A DNA stretch of 32,000 nt. Origin: Candidatus Saccharimonadota bacterium. GTDB taxonomy: Bacteria > Patescibacteriota > Gracilibacteria > UBA1369 > 2-02-FULL-48-14. Where the stretch lies: NCBI GenBank assembly GCA_965230905.1, contig OZ246396.1, positions 390,001-422,000 of the forward strand, read 5' to 3'. This document shows positions 7,027-14,480 of the stretch, one piece after another; within the stretch, counting starts at the first letter, position 1, and each line of letters begins with the position of its first letter. The position numbers and the translations under genes were made by a program. The notes under the pieces were generated by a model. That model did not search any database, was not told the origin of the DNA, and saw nothing but the letters and a program-made list of their open reading frames with translations.

Positions 7027-7944
7027 TTACTTCGGCAAATTGATTCTTAAAACGGTTCTAAGCCCGGCGTTTTGAGGGCCGCTTGTTATGCTTCGCTTAG
7101 AATCGCAAACCCACTCTACTGGAAGGTCATACACCTGATCTTTTCTAAACATGGCTTCCAGCAGTGAGGGGCTTCCCCTGTACACTGCTTCTAGGCTTGC
7201 CCGAACGATAGCCGTACTGGCTTCGTCATAGCTTGGATCCGGTGGATTGCTTTCGTTTTCAAATCTACCCGTTCTATTGGCGATGCGATATTCATGTAGT
7301 GTTGGTATATCTCGTTCTACCAATAAAGGGAGCCTCTCCTCACTCATCAGCGTACCGCTCTCCCTACTTAAGCTTCGCCCATTATCACCTAATTCAAAAC
7401 CCTCCATTTTATAGTGGAAGCTTCGATTTGTGACTAGGGCCCTTACACTCCTACCATCTTGGTGCACCAAAAAGCTCTTATATATTTCTGCAGCCTCTCC
7501 CATTTTATGCTCCTTTACTGGCGCGATTGTCGAGACCCATCGTACTTGATCTAAGACTTCCTCACTCGTTCCCAGCCTCACCCCCTCCATAGGATTTTCG
7601 CCGTATTCTTTCCACTCTCTACTTACATCAGGGCCCCAGGTTCCTATACGGAATATATTCTCCTTCCCATCTCCAAAAAGTACCGCATGTATCCCGTCTA
7701 TGCCGACAGGAGTAATTCCTCGAGTTTCTTCCCTCACATTCTTCATTCCATCTCCTATGACCACTCTGCCTTTCTGAATTGTCCATAAAGATGGGTCGCG
7801 TAATTCAGTTAAAAGGATAGGGGAAATGCTTGCTTCAAGTGCCTCTCTCAATTCTTTCTTTCCCCAGGTACGAGCTCCATCTCTTCGATTTTCCTCTTCA
7901 GAGGCTTCAATCAATTCATCGAACTTTTCTCCGTGAGCAGTCAT
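7027..7944 (-). CDS. Hypothetical protein (305 aa)
   Basis: Long ORF with an ATG start and normal composition. I recognise no motif. Confidence 0.6.
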   Translation of the reverse strand: MTAHGEKFDELIEASEEENRRDGARTWGKKELREALEASISPILLTELRDPSLWTIQKGRVVIGDGMKNVREETRGITPVGIDGIHAVLFGDGKENIFRIGTWGPDVSREWKEYGENPMEGVRLGTSEEVLDQVRWVSTIAPVKEHKMGEAAEIYKSFLVHQDGRSVRALVTNRSFHYKMEGFELGDNGRSLSRESGTLMSEERLPLLVERDIPTLHEYRIANRTGRFENESNPPDPSYDEASTAIVRASLEAVYRGSPSLLEAMFRKDQVYDLPVEWVCDSKRSITSGPQNAGLRTVLRINLPK

Positions 7945-7996
7945 TATTGGGTTGGTTAAATCAACAACGATTTCTTACTTTAGCTCAAGAGAATCC

Positions 7997-8029
7997 TTTT
8001 CGCAAACACCGTCCACGGCTCTCCGCCAG
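7997..8029. repeat. Intergenic repeat element, short copy (D)
   Basis: TTTTCGCAAACAC (7997-8009), GTCCAC (8011-8016) and CTCTCCGCCAG (8019-8029). Relative to copy C it lacks the 42 nt at 5754-5795. Confidence 0.75.
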
Positions 8030-8034
8030 GAGTT

Positions 8035-8826
8035 TTAAGCGGTCTTAATCGTATCTAGCTGTTTTTGATATTTCTCCTTAAGAGGAGAGCCAATGACATT
8101 CAGAAGATCATATCTTTGGAGCAGTTCTTCGAATTCCTGAAGACGAGGATAATCCTCTCCGTCTCTACGCATATCAGGATGATTCAAGGCTGCCAAATAA
8201 ACTTTCACGATGCGGTCCGCAACTTTTGGACGAGCGGCAATCCATTTTTTGTCCACAGGCAGGTTTTCAGTGTCTGCACTCATGGCTTGCCACTCGCGAA
8301 CAACGCCATCTGCATCCAGTTCAGAGGTGGCACACTTTAGCGCTTCATCAAAAATAGGCTCAAGTATGACTCCATCAACTGCAAGATCTTCCAGTAGCTC
8401 CAGGTAAGCTGGGTACATTTGCATGTTTGCCTCATGAACCACTTGCTCTTCATTGTGAATTTTAGAATTTTCTCCAATGCCGCCTTTACCAAAAACCCTA
8501 TTGTCCCGATCTTCATAGCTTCGCTGTAAAAGTAATTGCGGAATTTCCTCATCCAGCAGTTGAACAAGGCTCGCTTGCAAAGCCTCCACTCTTTCTATGG
8601 TCGCATGATCATTTTCTCCAGGGCCTTGCAGCTCCTTCCCGAATGCCTCTGTTTGCCGAAGCAACCCTATCCCTTGATCACGAACTTCACTGAGCTGAAC
8701 AGCCATTTCACGTAAATCCAGAGCTTCATCGTAGCCTTCCTTTACATCGGTCAGTTTTTCGTTCAACTGTTCCGTGCCCTGTTGGAGGGAATCTAATTTT
8801 TGTCCTGAGTTTTCAAATTCTGACAT
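8035..8826 (-). CDS. Hypothetical, largely helical acidic protein (263 aa)
   Basis: ORF with an ATG start. The N-terminal third is coiled-coil-like (LDSLQQGTEQLNEKLTDVKEGYDEALDLREMAVQLSEV). No recognised domain. Confidence 0.6.
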   Translation of the reverse strand: MSEFENSGQKLDSLQQGTEQLNEKLTDVKEGYDEALDLREMAVQLSEVRDQGIGLLRQTEAFGKELQGPGENDHATIERVEALQASLVQLLDEEIPQLLLQRSYEDRDNRVFGKGGIGENSKIHNEEQVVHEANMQMYPAYLELLEDLAVDGVILEPIFDEALKCATSELDADGVVREWQAMSADTENLPVDKKWIAARPKVADRIVKVYLAALNHPDMRRDGEDYPRLQEFEELLQRYDLLNVIGSPLKEKYQKQLDTIKTA

Positions 8827-8830
8827 AGAT

Positions 8831-8986
8831 TTAATTTAGTTGTATTTTAAGGTAAGTTTCTGCGGACCGTGCGTCCTGGCCTTGAAGATAGTCTGTTTTA
8901 ATGGTTTTGAATTGTTTTTCGAAGCTCATAAGTTTGGCCTGAAGGACTTCTATTGATTTTTTTGGAGCTGGAATACTTTTTTTCAT
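8831..8986 (-). CDS. Possible small protein (51 aa) upstream of the 263-aa gene
   Basis: Below the track cutoff. Sequence: MKKSIPAPKKSIEVLQAKLMSFEKQFKTIKTDYLQGQDARSAETYLKIQLN. Its stop lies 4 nt before the ATG at 8826. Confidence 0.3.
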   Translation of the reverse strand: MKKSIPAPKKSIEVLQAKLMSFEKQFKTIKTDYLQGQDARSAETYLKIQLN

Positions 8987-9026
8987 CTTTTAATTGTACC
9001 TTATTTTATAAGATTTATCAAACGCC

Positions 9027-9055
9027 TTGACCTGTGTAGTATGAGACTCTATAAA
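9027..9055 (+). promoter_or_regulatory. Sigma70-like promoter placed for a leaderless or near-leaderless mRNA
   Basis: TTGACC (9027-9032), a 17-nt spacer, then TATAAA (9050-9055). The ATG at 9061 follows only 5 nt later, with no Shine-Dalgarno sequence. Confidence 0.4.
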
Positions 9056-9060
9056 AAGAC

Positions 9061-10101
9061 ATGATGCATCGAACGCTTATTCTTACTGTCGTCCTGATCT
9101 TGCTCACCGCGGGTTTGACGGCGTGTGCAAAGGAGGATATTCCTGAGGAACTTTCTTTTGAGCTTACACTTGAAAATGAAGCGGTGGAGACGGCCGTAGA
9201 AGGAGCGGCGCTGTGGCTTTTTGCAGTCGATGATGGTGAGGATGACCTGGCACTTTCAAGCGAGACAGCTGGAGAAATTCGGATGGCACGGATGAATACG
9301 GCGGGTGCGCTGACCAGTGAATGGGTCACCGTGGCGGACTCGACCGATGTGGATGGGCAGAGGATTGCGGATCACTCTCATCTGTATAGCGAGGGTTACC
9401 ATTGGATCGTTTTTTCAGTCACTTCGGCTAAGGAAAGTTACTTGCTTAAACTTGATAAAAACTTCGAGCGAGTCTTTTTAAAAAAACTGGCCACAGAGGG
9501 GCCCACCAATGATATGTTCGCAGTGGCTGGAGAGGATGGCCTGTATATTGGGCACTTTTTACCCGGCACCGGTCACACCATTTACCAAGTGGATTCGGAC
9601 GGGAACATGGTGGATACGTTTCCTATTGGTGGTGGCAAGTTTAAGCATTCCAATGGCGCCAGTGTTGTGCCAAGCAAGGACGGCTTTAGTGTTTTTGCGG
9701 GTGAAACTCTGAATTTTAGAGTCCAGGGAGCTCTCATGCGGCTGGATTATACAAATGCTTGGGCCGAAGCCAAGAGTACGACTTTGGTGGATGAAGAAGA
9801 CACCAACATCAACATGACGAGTGCCGTCCAATGGAACGACCTGTGGATAGTGACGGCGCGTATGACCAGTTCGCAGTCCGGGTCCGGGTCCGATTCCGGG
9901 TCTGCCCTGCAAAAGGACGGTGGACAAATTTGGCGCTTTGTTTTTGATGAATCGGGCAAAGAACTCAAGCGCGAGGTACTCTACAACGGTGATGAGGGGA
10001 ACCGACCGCACATGGAGCTCAAAGACACTCTACTCATCACTACTTGGGATGTGGCCGGTGAATCTATGATTAGGATGGAAGCAGTGACTGAGGTATATTG
10101 A
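9061..10101 (+). CDS. Lipoprotein of unknown function
   Basis: Signal peptide with lipobox (MMHRTLILTVVLILLTAGLTAC). The remainder is beta-rich with an SGSGSDSGS linker. Confidence 0.7.
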   Translation: MMHRTLILTVVLILLTAGLTACAKEDIPEELSFELTLENEAVETAVEGAALWLFAVDDGEDDLALSSETAGEIRMARMNTAGALTSEWVTVADSTDVDGQRIADHSHLYSEGYHWIVFSVTSAKESYLLKLDKNFERVFLKKLATEGPTNDMFAVAGEDGLYIGHFLPGTGHTIYQVDSDGNMVDTFPIGGGKFKHSNGASVVPSKDGFSVFAGETLNFRVQGALMRLDYTNAWAEAKSTTLVDEEDTNINMTSAVQWNDLWIVTARMTSSQSGSGSDSGSALQKDGGQIWRFVFDESGKELKREVLYNGDEGNRPHMELKDTLLITTWDVAGESMIRMEAVTEVY

Positions 10102-10104
10102 GTA

Positions 10105-11427
10105 ATGGAAAAATTTCCTGAAGCATTGTGGCGTGAAGTGGGCGATAGAGCCGATGCCTGCCGTAGGCCGGACCTTAAGCTTTTCTCCGACGAGCAGCCG
10201 TGGCTCCAGACTATTAGCGAGTTTAATGCAGCTCCTAAAGAAAAGGCGGAAGGCGGGGAACGTTTACATGCCGAGGCTCAAGCTTTTTGGACCGAGTATC
10301 GCGATAGGCTTTTAGCGGTTTACGAAGGTGTTTTTCTTCCATGGGCACGAGCCGAAGAACCCGATGTGAAGGTCTTTTCAGAATGGCTAAGCAGCGGTGC
10401 CTACGCTTTTGATGGTTTTTACGACGAAGCGGCGGCAAACGATAAAGATCATGGAGGCTTTGACCTGAGCCTTTTTCAAGATTCACATGAAACTCAAACC
10501 ATACCAGGCGACCTAAATCATTATTTTGAGACAAACGAGCTGATTCGCAGTAGAGCTGACTGGAAGGAATTTTTGATCGGCCTCGAAAAGGGTGTTTCAC
10601 GTTTTTTTGAAAACCCTGAATCTGAAAATATTGATTTAGCTGTGCAGAATGCCGAGGAAATTTTGAAACGCCTTGTGGCTAGCGCGAAACGAGGCTTCAA
10701 ACCTGAAGAAGCACTTGCCTACCTAGAAAAATTCAAGAAATTAGTGCAAAACAACCCTAGCCTTTCCGAGGGGAATCGACTGCGAATGCTGAATTTACTT
10801 TCGAAAACTCATTCCAAAGAGCTTGATCAGGCGATTGTTCTTTTTGCCATTGAACTGGCCGAGGGCGTCGATCCCAAGTTGGGTCTTTTGGAACGCAGTT
10901 TATCGACGGCAATCATCACTCCACTGGGCGAAGGCGAGGACCCCGCCGTGGAACATGAGGGTTGGTATAAGACGCAGATGGACGATTCAATCGATCAGCT
11001 CACATCTCTTGAAAGAATGGGGGGTGCAATAGACAGCCTCCTGCAAAAAGGTGACATTGAAGGAGCTCTTAAGATTAGTCGCCTTTCAAGTCGCCATAGA
11101 ATCAGCTCTTCAAAAGACCCTTGCAGCGATCTGCAAATCTACAATCTTCCTGATCGTGAGTCCGCACTTCAATCACTTATTGCACCATTTGGCGATCCAG
11201 AACTTAAACTGCGGATCGAAAGAGAAGTTCATAAGGCGTGGACGAGCCCGAGGGTGTTTCGCACAGACGAGCGTGAGAATCTTACGATAAGAGCTTTTTG
11301 GCTCGACCTCGTAGAACGTGGGAGGGAGAAGCATTGGCCAGAAGCCATTATTTCCGCACTCTATGACAATGCCGTTCACTATCGTTACACTGTTGGAACT
11401 GGATTCTTGGGGTCTAGGATGAACTAA
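10105..11427 (+). CDS. Hypothetical helical protein (440 aa)
   Basis: ORF starting 4 nt after the lipoprotein stop. No recognised motif. Confidence 0.65.
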   Translation: MEKFPEALWREVGDRADACRRPDLKLFSDEQPWLQTISEFNAAPKEKAEGGERLHAEAQAFWTEYRDRLLAVYEGVFLPWARAEEPDVKVFSEWLSSGAYAFDGFYDEAAANDKDHGGFDLSLFQDSHETQTIPGDLNHYFETNELIRSRADWKEFLIGLEKGVSRFFENPESENIDLAVQNAEEILKRLVASAKRGFKPEEALAYLEKFKKLVQNNPSLSEGNRLRMLNLLSKTHSKELDQAIVLFAIELAEGVDPKLGLLERSLSTAIITPLGEGEDPAVEHEGWYKTQMDDSIDQLTSLERMGGAIDSLLQKGDIEGALKISRLSSRHRISSSKDPCSDLQIYNLPDRESALQSLIAPFGDPELKLRIEREVHKAWTSPRVFRTDERENLTIRAFWLDLVERGREKHWPEAIISALYDNAVHYRYTVGTGFLGSRMN

Positions 11428-11451
11428 AAGGCGCCTTTCAGGAAAGAAAAC

Positions 11452-11480
11452 TTGACTTATCATTAATATTGTTTTAAATT
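11452..11480 (+). promoter_or_regulatory. Possible sigma70-like promoter for the helicase gene
   Basis: TTGACT (11452-11457), a 17-nt spacer, then TAAATT (11475-11480), 18 nt before the ATG at 11498. Confidence 0.3.
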
Positions 11481-11497
11481 TAGCGCAAATATAACGA

Positions 11498-12691
11498 ATG
11501 TTTAGAAAAAGACAGAACTCACGACCGACCTCGTTCCGCAGAAGCCCACGACCCAATCGTAATGCTAGCAAAGGATCGAACATAGACCCCGCTCTTTTCC
11601 AAAGAAAGGCGGTGGAACCTGCACCTGAAGAGGTGTTTGTGCCGTCTTTTGAATACACGGACCTTCCGGTGGATCCTCAACTTCGTGGGAACATCCTAAA
11701 GAAAGGCTACAAGTTCCCTACTCCCATTCAAGATGCGAGCATTTTGCCGATCTCTGAAGGACGGGACGTGCTCGGGATTGCGAACACCGGAACCGGTAAA
11801 ACGGCGGCGTTCTTGATTCCCCTTTTGCACATGGCGATTCAGCCAGGACCTAAGGAACGTGTGATCATTTTGGTGCCTACTCGTGAAATTGCGACGCAGA
11901 TCTACCAAGAATTCATGGCTTTCAGCCGTGGACTACGATTGTATGCGGCGGTTTGTGTGGGAGGATTGCCTATTTTCCGCCAGATTCGAGATTTGCGCAT
12001 GGACCCTGAATTTGTGATCGCGACACCGGGACGTATGAAAGATTTGATCGAACGAAAAGCCATCAACCTCAGCCGTTTCACCCGTGTGGTGCTGGACGAG
12101 GCCGACCGAATGGTGGACATGGGATTCATCAACGATGTGCGTCATATTCTTTCGCATGTACCTGAAAAACGTCAGTCTTTGTTCTTCTCGGCAACTTTAC
12201 CTAAGGAAGTTAAGGATTTGATTCACTCTTTCTTGAAAGATCCGTTCACGGTATCTGTGAAGAAACAGGAAACGTCCATGAATGTGGACCAGGATGTGGT
12301 GTGGGTGAGCCAAACCGATAATAAAATTGGCATGCTGGTGGACATGCTTAAGAAGTCACACTTTGACAAGGTGCTGATTTTTGCTCGAACCAAGCGCAAT
12401 GTGGACAAACTGACTAAATTTTTGGCGGACGTAGGGTTTGAGGTGGCGTGTATCCACGGAGACAAGGCTCAATCACAACGACAACGTGCGCTCGACGCCT
12501 TCAAGGCTCACCGAATCAAGATCTTGGTGGCAACGGATGTGGCGGCCCGCGGTCTCGACATTCCTGATGTGAGCCACGTGATCAACTACGAAGCGCCCGA
12601 GTCTTACGAAGATTACGTTCACCGAATTGGACGAACCGGACGTGCCGGCAAAAAGGGTCACGCATTGACCTTTGTGGAGCGACGGTACTAA
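11498..12691 (+). CDS. DEAD-box ATP-dependent RNA helicase
   Basis: Motifs in canonical order: ANTGTGKTAAF (I), PTREIA (Ia), TPGR (Ib), DEAD (II), SAT (III), ARGLD and HRIGRTGRAG (VI). Confidence 0.92.
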   Translation: MFRKRQNSRPTSFRRSPRPNRNASKGSNIDPALFQRKAVEPAPEEVFVPSFEYTDLPVDPQLRGNILKKGYKFPTPIQDASILPISEGRDVLGIANTGTGKTAAFLIPLLHMAIQPGPKERVIILVPTREIATQIYQEFMAFSRGLRLYAAVCVGGLPIFRQIRDLRMDPEFVIATPGRMKDLIERKAINLSRFTRVVLDEADRMVDMGFINDVRHILSHVPEKRQSLFFSATLPKEVKDLIHSFLKDPFTVSVKKQETSMNVDQDVVWVSQTDNKIGMLVDMLKKSHFDKVLIFARTKRNVDKLTKFLADVGFEVACIHGDKAQSQRQRALDAFKAHRIKILVATDVAARGLDIPDVSHVINYEAPESYEDYVHRIGRTGRAGKKGHALTFVERRY

Positions 12692-12719
12692 ACTGGTGCC
12701 ATCCTCTAAATACCACGCC

Positions 12720-13118
12720 ATGGTGAAATCACTGTCTTACGGCGGATTCTGGATCCGCTTCCTTGCTTATTTTATTGACGGAATCCTCCTCTCGGTTGCT
12801 GCCGGTCTTTTATTTGGAAACACCTGTGAAGGAGCCGGTTACTGCGCGGGCTACGACGGATGGCGTACGCTCATTCCCGTTGCCTACTTCATTGGATTCT
12901 GGACTTGGAAGGGTGCTACGCCTGGGAAAATGATCTGCAAATTGAAGATTGTGGACCTACATGGTGGCCCTATAAATATTAAAACCGCTGCGCTCCGATT
13001 TGTGGGGTACATTTTGAGCGGAGTGGCGCTGTGTATTGGGTTCATCTGGATTGGCTTCGACGAAAAGAAGCAAGGATGGCACGATAAAATCGCCAAGACT
13101 TACGTGGTGAAGCTTTAA
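12720..13118 (+). CDS. RDD-family membrane protein
   Basis: GGFWIRFLAYFIDGILL...GATPGKMICKLKIV...KQGWHDKIAKTYVV is the RDD domain pattern. I prefer the ATG at 12720 to the track's TTG at 12672, which overlaps the helicase. Confidence 0.8.
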   Translation: MVKSLSYGGFWIRFLAYFIDGILLSVAAGLLFGNTCEGAGYCAGYDGWRTLIPVAYFIGFWTWKGATPGKMICKLKIVDLHGGPINIKTAALRFVGYILSGVALCIGFIWIGFDEKKQGWHDKIAKTYVVKL

Positions 13119-13124
13119 ATACAT

Positions 13125-13185
13125 AAAATAAAACAGCCTGGCTCGGCGCACATGAACTTTAGCGCCTCACACGCTGTTTTATTTT
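13125..13185. terminator. Bidirectional hairpin between convergent genes
   Basis: Perfect 13-bp inverted repeat: AAAATAAAACAGC (13125-13137) and GCTGTTTTATTTT (13173-13185). An inner GGCGC/GCGCC pair is present. The arms provide T-runs on both strands. Confidence 0.5.
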
Positions 13186-13193
13186 GTGTATTT

Positions 13194-13559
13194 TCAGGCC
13201 GATTTTCCGTGGATAAACTTGAGCGACACGCTGTTCACACAGTGGCGGGTGTTTTTTTCGGTGAGCTGTTCGCCAGTGAAGACGTGGCCCAGGTGGCCGT
13301 TGCAATGCGCGCAGGTGATTTCGGTGCGGCGTCCGTCGGCGTCCGGGGTGTGTTTGATGGCGCCGGGCAGTTCGTCGTCGAAGGCGGGCCAGCCACAGCC
13401 GGAGCGGAATTTGCTACCTGAGCTGTAGAGCGGCGTTTCGCACTGGCGACACACATAGATTCCGTTTTCAAAAAACTCATCGTATTTACCGGTGAAGGGC
13501 ATCTCGGTGCCTTTGTTCACAATCACGCGGGCTTCTTCGGGTGTGAGGGGTTCGGGCAT
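13194..13559 (-). CDS. msrB: Peptide-methionine (R)-S-oxide reductase
   Basis: CRQCETPLY...GCGWPAF...[12 protein letters not shown] are the MsrB zinc-cysteine and catalytic motifs. Confidence 0.92.
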   Translation of the reverse strand: MPEPLTPEEARVIVNKGTEMPFTGKYDEFFENGIYVCRQCETPLYSSGSKFRSGCGWPAFDDELPGAIKHTPDADGRRTEITCAHCNGHLGHVFTGEQLTEKNTRHCVNSVSLKFIHGKSA

Positions 13560-13590
13560 TTGAAACGTTTAAAGTGCTTTGATTATACAA

Positions 13591-14292
13591 TCAATTCTTT
13601 AACCTTAAAAACTGACTTACGACCCGTTCCACAATTTGATCTGCCGTTAAGATGGTAACGCCTGCTCGTTCCAGTTCGCTTCCACGAAGTGTCAAAAAAT
13701 CATCTCCTGCTCTACTGAATGCATCTTGCATTATGCGTTGCCGTTCTTGAGAGGGTAAGGTTTGTAAAAAAAATTCCGTATCCTCTCTCATTTCACCTGA
13801 AATTTCAATGAGCTTGGCTATATCCCTTCTAGCCAAAGCTATTAATTCAAGTGGATCTGAGCTCTTTTGCGCTGTGGCTCCTATTTCCAATGTTGCGTTG
13901 TGCAAGCCCAACTTTCCATCGCTGGTCATAAAACGATGTCCAGTATCTCCCAGCATGAAGGTCCAAGCAGCTGCACTGCCTGCATATCCAAGAATTTGGG
14001 TTGAAACTCGGCCACCCGTGCTACGGATAGCGGACATGTATTGTTTCCACCTCCTTACCTCTTCGCCATCTCCACCGGGCGAATTATTGATGAGAAAATG
14101 TGCGTCTATGGCATATTCATCAGGAGTTTGACGAAGCGCCTCGATCTTAACCTCAAGGGTGCTGGCCTTTAAGTCAAAGGCATCGCGAATGGGAAGCCGA
14201 ACGCCCTCTCTCCACGCAGATGCAAAACTACACTTGCCATCCATTACTCCACTGATCTCAGTAATTATCGCGCCTCCCAATTTCTTTTCCAT
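13591..14292 (-). CDS. Divergent ClpP-family (S14-like) serine peptidase
   Basis: NNSPGGD parallels the ClpP INSPGG motif. GYAGSAAAW supplies a candidate nucleophile Ser, and a His (LGLHNA) lies 25 residues later, matching the canonical ClpP Ser-His spacing. Otherwise highly diverged. Confidence 0.55.
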   Translation of the reverse strand: MEKKLGGAIITEISGVMDGKCSFASAWREGVRLPIRDAFDLKASTLEVKIEALRQTPDEYAIDAHFLINNSPGGDGEEVRRWKQYMSAIRSTGGRVSTQILGYAGSAAAWTFMLGDTGHRFMTSDGKLGLHNATLEIGATAQKSSDPLELIALARRDIAKLIEISGEMREDTEFFLQTLPSQERQRIMQDAFSRAGDDFLTLRGSELERAGVTILTADQIVERVVSQFLRLKN

Positions 14293-14396
14293 AAGCTCAA
14301 CTGATTAGAGAAGCTCATTTTAACATACTTTATGAATAAAGCAAGTGGCGGACGGCGTGCTGATGATTTAAGCTGGAACTAGCTAAAAACATCCTT

Positions 14397-14480
14397 ATGA
14401 AAAACCTTTGGTTTAAAAATAAGCGGTATGGATGGGGCGAAACGCCGGAATGGCGCTGGGGCGATAAAAAGAAAAAATGA
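14397..14480 (+). CDS. Possible 27-aa Trp-rich upstream ORF
   Basis: MKNLWFKNKRYGWGETPEWRWGDKKKK. Its TGA overlaps the ATG of the next gene (ATGA at 14477-14480). Confidence 0.3.
   Translation: MKNLWFKNKRYGWGETPEWRWGDKKKK

Noticed and set aside
5741-8029. Sigma-54 promoter reading of the repeat (TGGC ... TTGC on the reverse strand)
   Set aside because: The GG and GC elements are ~22 nt apart rather than the fixed 10-nt spacing of -24/-12 promoters.
14465-14480. Programmed -1 frameshift joining the 27-codon uORF to the His-rich gene
   Set aside because: The A-run lacks a canonical slippery heptamer and I see no downstream stimulatory structure. Simple ATGA coupling is more economical. Retained only as a low-weight alternative in the finding.
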